Assembly (NCBI GenBank): GCA_021772635.1 | Contig: JAJFLP010000113.1 | Location: 813 to 64,812, forward strand | Reading direction: 5' to 3' | DNA: 64,000 bases | Source of the DNA: Verrucomicrobiota bacterium | GTDB lineage: Bacteria > Verrucomicrobiota > Lentisphaeria > JABSQK01 > JAJFLO01 | Shown here: one piece after another, positions 58,357 through 64,000 of the stretch | Layout: each line of letters begins with the position of its first letter | Numbering within the stretch: the first letter of the stretch is position 1 | The notes under the pieces: generated by a model | Told to the model about the DNA's origin: nothing | The model's input: only the letters and a program-made list of their open reading frames with translations | Database searches by the model: none | Translations under genes and position numbers: made by a program

Positions 58357-58564
58357 GGGGTGCTTACAAGGGGTAAAATTTGTTTAATAAAAAAATTGTA
58401 TTTAATAGAGGTGATTGTACTATTAGTGAATTCTCGGCACCGGCTGTTTTGTTCTCTTGAACATACGCCAAAGTTCCGGTGGCAGAGAGGGTCTGATTAT
58501 GTTCCAAAATCGGGATCATTATTGACATAAAAAGATTAAAAATATTTGTAATAAGGAGTTTCGT

Positions 58565-59980
58565 ATGACGCCCCAAGAAGTAATTAAGTTGATGGAAGAA
58601 CAGTCCATAAAGTTTGTCGATTTCAAGTTTCAAGATTTCCCGGGAACATGGCAGCATTTCTCCGTCCCGGCACACACCTTCGATGAGGACACCTTTGAAG
58701 ACGGTCTTGGGTTCGACGGATCCAGCATTCGAGGCTGGAAAGCAATCAACGAGAGTGACATGCTGGTGATGCCTGATCCGGAAACCGCTTTCGTCGATCC
58801 GTTTCTTAGCAGCCCGACACTGTCGCTTACCTGTTCAATCGTCGATCCGATTACGAAACAGCCATATACAAGGGATCCACGGAACGTTGCGCGAAAATGC
58901 GCGGAGTACGTCAAGTCAACCGGGATAGCCGACGCGGTCTTCTTCGGCCCGGAAGCCGAGTTCTTCGTTTTCGACAACGTGAGGTACGCACAGGAGGCGC
59001 ACTATGCGCTTTACGAAGTGGATTCCGCAGAAGGGATTTGGAATTCTGATGCAAACGGAGGAGAACCGAACCTGGGCCATCGTCCAAGACATAAAGAGGG
59101 CTACTTCCCGGTGCCACCAGTTGATTCGCTTCAGGATCTACGCTCGGAAATGGTAACAACGCTGCTTGAAGTTGGCGTCGACATTGAGGCACATCATCAC
59201 GAGGTAGCAACAGCAGGCCAATGTGAGATCGATATGCGATTTGAAGAACTTTTACGCATGGCGGATCAGTTGATGATATATAAATACATCGTTAAAAACG
59301 TCGCGAAAAAGTTCGGTAAGACGGCAACGTTCATGCCGAAACCTGTCTACGGAGATAACGGTTCCGGAATGCATGTACACTCCAGTTTGTGGAAAGACGG
59401 CGCGCCGTTGTTTGCAGGAGACGGATATGCCGGTCTCTCGGAAACAGGGTTACACTACATAGGCGGAATACTAAAGCACGCCCCTGCCTTGATCGCTTTC
59501 TGTGCGCCGACAACGAATTCCTACAAACGACTCGTACCCGGATTCGAAGCACCTGTAAACCTGGCTTACTCGCAAAGAAATCGTAGTGCAGCGGTTCGCA
59601 TACCGATGTATTCGCCGAATCCCAAGTCAAAGCGAGTCGAGTTCCGGTGTCCGGATGCTTCTTGCAACCCCTACTACGCGTTTTCTGCAATCGCGATGGC
59701 CGGGATGGATGGTATTCTTAATAAAATCGATCCAGGCGCGCCAATGGACAAGGATCTCTACGATCTTGCTCCGGAGGAACTCGAAAATATTCCACAAGTT
59801 CCCGGTTCCCTGGAAGGCGCGATCGCCGCGTTGGAAAATGACCATGAGTTCCTTCTTAAGGGGGACGTATTTACTGAAGACGTCATTGAGACGTGGATAA
59901 GCTATAAGACTGAAACCGAAATAGAACCGTTGCGTCTGCGCCCGCACCCGTACGAATTCTACCTTTACTACGACTGCTAG
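58565..59980 (+). CDS. glnA: Glutamine synthetase type I
   Basis: GS beta-grasp and catalytic motifs, with a typical N-terminus. Confidence 0.9.
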   Translation: MTPQEVIKLMEEQSIKFVDFKFQDFPGTWQHFSVPAHTFDEDTFEDGLGFDGSSIRGWKAINESDMLVMPDPETAFVDPFLSSPTLSLTCSIVDPITKQPYTRDPRNVARKCAEYVKSTGIADAVFFGPEAEFFVFDNVRYAQEAHYALYEVDSAEGIWNSDANGGEPNLGHRPRHKEGYFPVPPVDSLQDLRSEMVTTLLEVGVDIEAHHHEVATAGQCEIDMRFEELLRMADQLMIYKYIVKNVAKKFGKTATFMPKPVYGDNGSGMHVHSSLWKDGAPLFAGDGYAGLSETGLHYIGGILKHAPALIAFCAPTTNSYKRLVPGFEAPVNLAYSQRNRSAAVRIPMYSPNPKSKRVEFRCPDASCNPYYAFSAIAMAGMDGILNKIDPGAPMDKDLYDLAPEELENIPQVPGSLEGAIAALENDHEFLLKGDVFTEDVIETWISYKTETEIEPLRLRPHPYEFYLYYDC

Positions 59981-59998
59981 ACTGCACGACAGTCTAAT
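59972..59998 (+). terminator. Hairpin tagactgcacgacagtcta directly after the glnA stop
   Basis: 7-bp stem tagactg/cagtcta with a 5-nt loop, followed by atttag. Member of the agactgc..gcagtct module family. Confidence 0.4.
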
Positions 59999-60023
59999 TT
60001 AGACAAACCTGTGAGCACTGGTA

Positions 60024-62336
60024 TTAATGTGGTTCTTGCAGGTACGACGCGGTTGATTCGGTTTTAGGCGGTGGACGAATTCCGAGACAGGACGCTGTTC
60101 CGGCAATGGTATCTTCGCGTAATGCTGACGTTGCAATCTCTTCCGCCTTCTTAATATCCAGCTTGGATATGTGAGCTTGGACCCGTGAGAGGTACCGTGG
60201 GTCAACGCTCAAAGTTCGTACGCCGATACCCAGGAAGAATGGCACGTAAATTTCTTCGTGCGCCATTTCACCGCAGATCGAAACTCCCTTCCCATGATCT
60301 AATGCGGCTCTAACGATAGTATTCAAAGAGCGTAGAATCGACGGATGATGGGGAATGTAATAGGACGATACCGTGGCATTGGCACGGTCGACGGCTAACA
60401 TGAACTGGATGAAGTCGTTGGTTCCGATACAGAAAAAATCTGCAGCCGCTGCAAGTCCATCGATGATGTCCACGACCGATGGTGTTTCGACCATGACTCC
60501 GACTTTCGGATTTTTGTGGTGCGGTTTTTTCTCAGCCTTCAGCGAGTCAATACACTTCGACACATCTTCACGCGCTTCTAGAAACTCGTCGAGTGATGAA
60601 ATCATCGGAAAAGTAATCTGCAAGTCGCGCAGGTTCGCGCCGGCCCGAAGGATCGCCCGGAGTTGCTGGTGAAAAATCTCTTTGTGGCTAAGTGAAAAGC
60701 GTATGGACCGCATCCCTAAAGCAGGGTTGCTTTCCTGCGCATTATGGTAGTACGCGAGTACTTTCTCGCCGCCGATATCCAGCGTTCTGAAGTTTATCGG
60801 GCGATTCTCCATCTGCTCCGCAATAGTCGAATAGACAATGAGCTGCTCTTCTTCCGTCGGAAAATTTCGCTTCAGCAAGAACGGAAACTCAGTACGATAC
60901 AGGCCGACCCCTTCCGATTTCAGGTCATTTGCCAATTTTAAGTCCACCATCAAATTTATGTTTGAGAGTAAATGTACTTGTGTTCCATCGCGACTATTCG
61001 TCTGTTTCTTTACCTTTATTTTCAGGCTTCTATTACTTACTCGCGTTTTCTGGCGCTCTTCAAAACGGGAAATGACCTCCTTCGATGGATCTATGTAGAT
61101 GATGCCGACCTCAGCGTCGAGAAGGAAAACGGTGTTCTCCGAAACGTTCAGGAGTTCGTCGTTATTTACGATTACCAGCGGGATTTGGAGGGACCGGGCG
61201 AGAATAGACAGATGTGACGTCACGCCGCCGCTAACTAGAATGATTCCGCATACTTCTTCAGACGACAATTTTAAGATGTCGGAAGGGTACAATTCCCCAG
61301 CGATAATTATTCGATTTTTCCAGCCCGTAACAATGCTCGTATCTTTAGCCAGTACATTGCCAAATAGTCGTCTCGCCAGATCCTCGACATCATTCGCTTT
61401 TTCGCGTATATAGGAATTCGTGCTTTGTGAGAATTTTTGAATGTACTCGTCGGCAACGAACAAGATCGCATCGAGGGGATTTTCACCGCGGGCTATCCTC
61501 TTCGCCATTGCACCGGTAAATGCAGTATCCTTCAACATTAGAATATGGGCCTCGAATATTAGAGAAGCTACGCCCGTGAGTTTTTCCTCGACATGCTTTT
61601 GAAGCTCGTCTAATTGTTTTTCTGTTTTCTCTACTGCCCGCGAGAAATCTTTGGAGGTATACTTTTTCTTGCACTCAAATTCGTTCAATAATCGGTAAGG
61701 GCGACTTTTATCGATCACAACGGCCGTCGCTAAAGCGACCCCTTCAGACGCGACCTGTGCTTTAATAAATTTAAAACTCGGAGAATTATCAACGCTGGCA
61801 GTGTCGCCGCGTTTGTCCTTGGAGTGAACGTTAATGAGAATTCGCGTGTTCTCTATCACGCCTGCCAGTTGCGACGTGATCGCTTTCAACGCCATGATAT
61901 CGAAGTTGTTAAACGCGTTGTTTTTCTCGCGCTGTACCACAAGGGCGCCGATATACTCAATTCCGCGTAAGATCGGAACGACCAGGAACGACTCATACGC
62001 CTCCTCGTTCATTCCAGGTATGACTTTGAAATTTGGGTTTTTGCTGGCGGACGTTTCGCAAATCGGACGCATTTCTTTGACCGCTACTCCGACGAGCCCT
62101 TCGCCAAGTTTCAATTTCGTCTTGTTAACCGATTTCGGATTTAATCCTCGATTCGCCTTTAGCACCAGTTCTTTATTTTTTTCATCGTATATATAGATCG
62201 AACAGACGTCCGCCTGTATATGTTTGGCGACCAAATCCACGATTTGCTGCAGAAATGTATCGATGTTGTCACTTCCGGCGAATAACGCGTTCAATTCGCC
62301 GATGTCACATAATAGACCTAGATGATTCTTTACCAT
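60024..62336 (-). CDS. ptsP: Phosphoenolpyruvate-protein phosphotransferase with N-terminal GAF domain (PtsP / EI-Ntr-like)
   Basis: C-terminal PEP-utilizer and EI motifs GGVTSHLSILARSLQIPLV and GTNDFIQ. N-terminal GAF. Start tentatively at the ATG at 62336. Confidence 0.7.
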   Translation of the reverse strand: MVKNHLGLLCDIGELNALFAGSDNIDTFLQQIVDLVAKHIQADVCSIYIYDEKNKELVLKANRGLNPKSVNKTKLKLGEGLVGVAVKEMRPICETSASKNPNFKVIPGMNEEAYESFLVVPILRGIEYIGALVVQREKNNAFNNFDIMALKAITSQLAGVIENTRILINVHSKDKRGDTASVDNSPSFKFIKAQVASEGVALATAVVIDKSRPYRLLNEFECKKKYTSKDFSRAVEKTEKQLDELQKHVEEKLTGVASLIFEAHILMLKDTAFTGAMAKRIARGENPLDAILFVADEYIQKFSQSTNSYIREKANDVEDLARRLFGNVLAKDTSIVTGWKNRIIIAGELYPSDILKLSSEEVCGIILVSGGVTSHLSILARSLQIPLVIVNNDELLNVSENTVFLLDAEVGIIYIDPSKEVISRFEERQKTRVSNRSLKIKVKKQTNSRDGTQVHLLSNINLMVDLKLANDLKSEGVGLYRTEFPFLLKRNFPTEEEQLIVYSTIAEQMENRPINFRTLDIGGEKVLAYYHNAQESNPALGMRSIRFSLSHKEIFHQQLRAILRAGANLRDLQITFPMISSLDEFLEAREDVSKCIDSLKAEKKPHHKNPKVGVMVETPSVVDIIDGLAAAADFFCIGTNDFIQFMLAVDRANATVSSYYIPHHPSILRSLNTIVRAALDHGKGVSICGEMAHEEIYVPFFLGIGVRTLSVDPRYLSRVQAHISKLDIKKAEEIATSALREDTIAGTASCLGIRPPPKTESTASYLQEPH

Positions 62337-62689
62337 TTCCGAATTTCTAACATGAATATAAGGTTGAAGTAAGGTTCCCGTTACTGAATAACATCTGTTT
62401 ACACTCCAATCGGAACGATGAAAATTCGTGATTCGCTGAAGACAAGATAGAACGATCTGCGCTGCATATCGGAGAGAACCAACAAGTAAGACATCTGAAC
62501 AAAATTTCAGGTGTACTATACGGTAAGAGTCGGAAATTGTCCAACGACCGTTGCTACGCGGCAACGCCTGTGTCAGTAATCGGGACAAAATCAAGACTCG
62601 GACCCGCTTGGAGGAATGTTAACCGGCCCGGGGTGCCGCCGCAGGGTTTTGGCCCGATACGACTAAGAAATACCGAACATTTCCCGTCA

Positions 62690-62815
62690 TTAGCAGCGAT
62701 CGAGACTATACTGCCCGCGATCTCTCCGCATAAGCGTCCCGTATCGACGGGATCCACACTCATGCGGGAAGAGTCTCGGGTAATCCGGACGAAAACCTGA
62801 AGACGTTCGGTATAA
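62690..62815. repeat. Modular intergenic repeat (tatactgcccgcgatctctccgcataagcg, tcccgtatcgacgggatc, gggtaatccggacgaaaac, gacgttcggtata)
   Basis: Shares modules with 52140-52200, 12590-12650 and 33120-33140. Confidence 0.8.
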
Positions 62816-62926
62816 ATTGCGGTTCGGTTGCATTTGTCGCAATATGCGCTAGGCTACCTTTTTAAGGTGATATCCCAGAGTAAATCATCAACACGAATTT
62901 AAAGGCCAGCCCTAAGTTACCAATAT

Positions 62927-63586
62927 ATGAGAGAGCCGAATCCCCAACTCGAATATTTGACTACTGCTCAGGTAGCTAAAATTTGTGGCGTTAATCGTGC
63001 CACCGTGGTACGATGGATTCAGAATGGGAATCTAATCGCAGAACGAACGATCGGCGGGAGATATAGAATTCAGACGGCCGGCTTGCTCGCACAAGCCGAT
63101 GAAAAAGGAATATTCATCGCTACGGAGCAGCGTAAACAACTTGAAAAGGCTCTGGTGAAAACTGGAAAATCAGCGAGTGAGAATAGCGAAACCATCGATC
63201 AGAAAAGTTCAACGATACCGCTGATTCTTGTAATAGATGATGATCTGTACGTACGCAAGCTATTGGAAGAATTTCTGACCGTTATGGGATACAATGTATT
63301 GGTTGCTGACAACGGTTTTAAGGGTTTAGATATCATCCTAAAGAATTATACGGTGAAACTCGTTATTTTGGACTTATTGATGCCTGGAATCGATGGCACT
63401 GAGACGTTACGCAGAATCAGGGATATGAGAAGCGACGTCCCTGTTATCGTTACAAGTGGTTACGTGGAACATTATTTCCCGGGAGGCGTTGACACGATCG
63501 GCAGTAAAGTCGAGAAGGTATTGAATAAGCCATTTGACCTGGATGAGCTGGCGGCAGTATGTAAGGAGTTACTCGAAGCTTCGTAG
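62927..63586 (+). CDS. Response regulator with N-terminal excisionase-type HTH and C-terminal receiver domain
   Basis: HTH LTTAQVAKICGVNRATVVRWIQNGNL. REC LVIDDDLYVRK...LDLLMPGIDG...VIVTSGY. Confidence 0.75.
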   Translation: MREPNPQLEYLTTAQVAKICGVNRATVVRWIQNGNLIAERTIGGRYRIQTAGLLAQADEKGIFIATEQRKQLEKALVKTGKSASENSETIDQKSSTIPLILVIDDDLYVRKLLEEFLTVMGYNVLVADNGFKGLDIILKNYTVKLVILDLLMPGIDGTETLRRIRDMRSDVPVIVTSGYVEHYFPGGVDTIGSKVEKVLNKPFDLDELAAVCKELLEAS

Positions 63587-63685
63587 ATTCCGGGCAGAGA
63601 GATCGGCAGGGTCAGGATAGATATTAGACGGTTGGGCAGCTGATCCGGCGTTACTTGAAAGCCTTCACTGGCATATGGGTTGGGA

Positions 63686-64000
63686 TCATATTTTCAACCT
63701 CCCGCGAATACGCTGAATCGTTTTTCGGTCAATCTTGCTCGCAATTGCTGTTCGAGAAACATTCCACTTATTCCTCACCAAAGCGTTTTTGAGATAGATA
63801 ACCTCAAAAACATCAGCGAATTTTCGTTTTGCTTCCTTAAACGGAAGCTCCGCAATCCACTCTTGAAGATTGCTTTCCTCGAATATAGTCGCTAGAAGGT
63901 CGTTGCTTTCGACTCTAACGCGGCGTTCGAGTCGAAGCTTCTCGCTCTCTACTAAAACGGCTTCCATTGTCTGATCAGTCCAAGGTTTTTCTACAACCCT
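63686..64000 (-). CDS. C-terminal fragment of a regulator with Fis-type HTH (gene continues past window end)
   Basis: NKWNVSRTAIASKIDRKTIQRI HTH_8 motif. The frame stays open to the window edge. Confidence 0.4.
   Translation of the reverse strand, partial: RVVEKPWTDQTMEAVLVESEKLRLERRVRVESNDLLATIFEESNLQEWIAELPFKEAKRKFADVFEVIYLKNALVRNKWNVSRTAIASKIDRKTIQRIRGRLKI

Overview
This 64-kb window looks like a bacterial chromosomal segment of roughly 50% GC. The Amt-histidine-kinase fusion is reminiscent of anammox Planctomycetes, but taxonomy cannot be settled from sequence alone. I support about 50 protein genes.

Housekeeping and core genes:
- serB.
- trpE, trpG, trpF and trpD, with no trpC, trpB or trpA in the cluster, followed by rpsO and a tRNA-Met.
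- glnA, queG, cca, murJ, htpG, an RdgC-like gene, SrkA, and a glycine-rich RRM RNA-binding protein.

Signalling:
- An ammonium-transporter-PAS-histidine-kinase-REC fusion, two nucleotides upstream of a hybrid REC-histidine kinase.
- A stand-alone REC protein and an HTH-REC regulator.
- An HTH-EIIA(Ntr-like) fusion.
- A GAF-EI (PtsP-like) gene.
- A Ser/Thr kinase carrying a zinc ribbon that is also found in the neighbouring gene.

Stress cluster: a YfdX-like gene, three tandem Hsp20 genes, an HMA metal-binding protein and an outer-membrane barrel.

Accessory features:
- An intact DarT-DarG toxin-antitoxin pair sits in a 2.6-kb decayed island. The island holds tRNA-Met and two gene fragments, and is bounded by a 109-bp duplicate of the rpsO 3' end.
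- A stand-alone SWIM-SNF2 helicase.
- A rhodanese-fatty-acid-hydroxylase fusion.

The most striking non-genic signal is a pervasive, modular MITE-like repeat family with at least 25 copies or fragments. It has 28-bp terminal inverted repeats and a recurring 18-bp perfect palindrome, TATACYGC-WW-GCRGTATA. In six or more cases this palindrome lies 7-30 nt upstream of a start codon.

I also saw a second MITE type, several tandem and inverted repeat arrays in promoter regions, a C10 homopolymer upstream of a secreted protein, and long ORF-free, hairpin-rich stretches that may encode sRNAs.

No CRISPR array, rRNA, integrase or transposase was seen. Many ORF-track entries are antisense or repeat-encoded artefacts.
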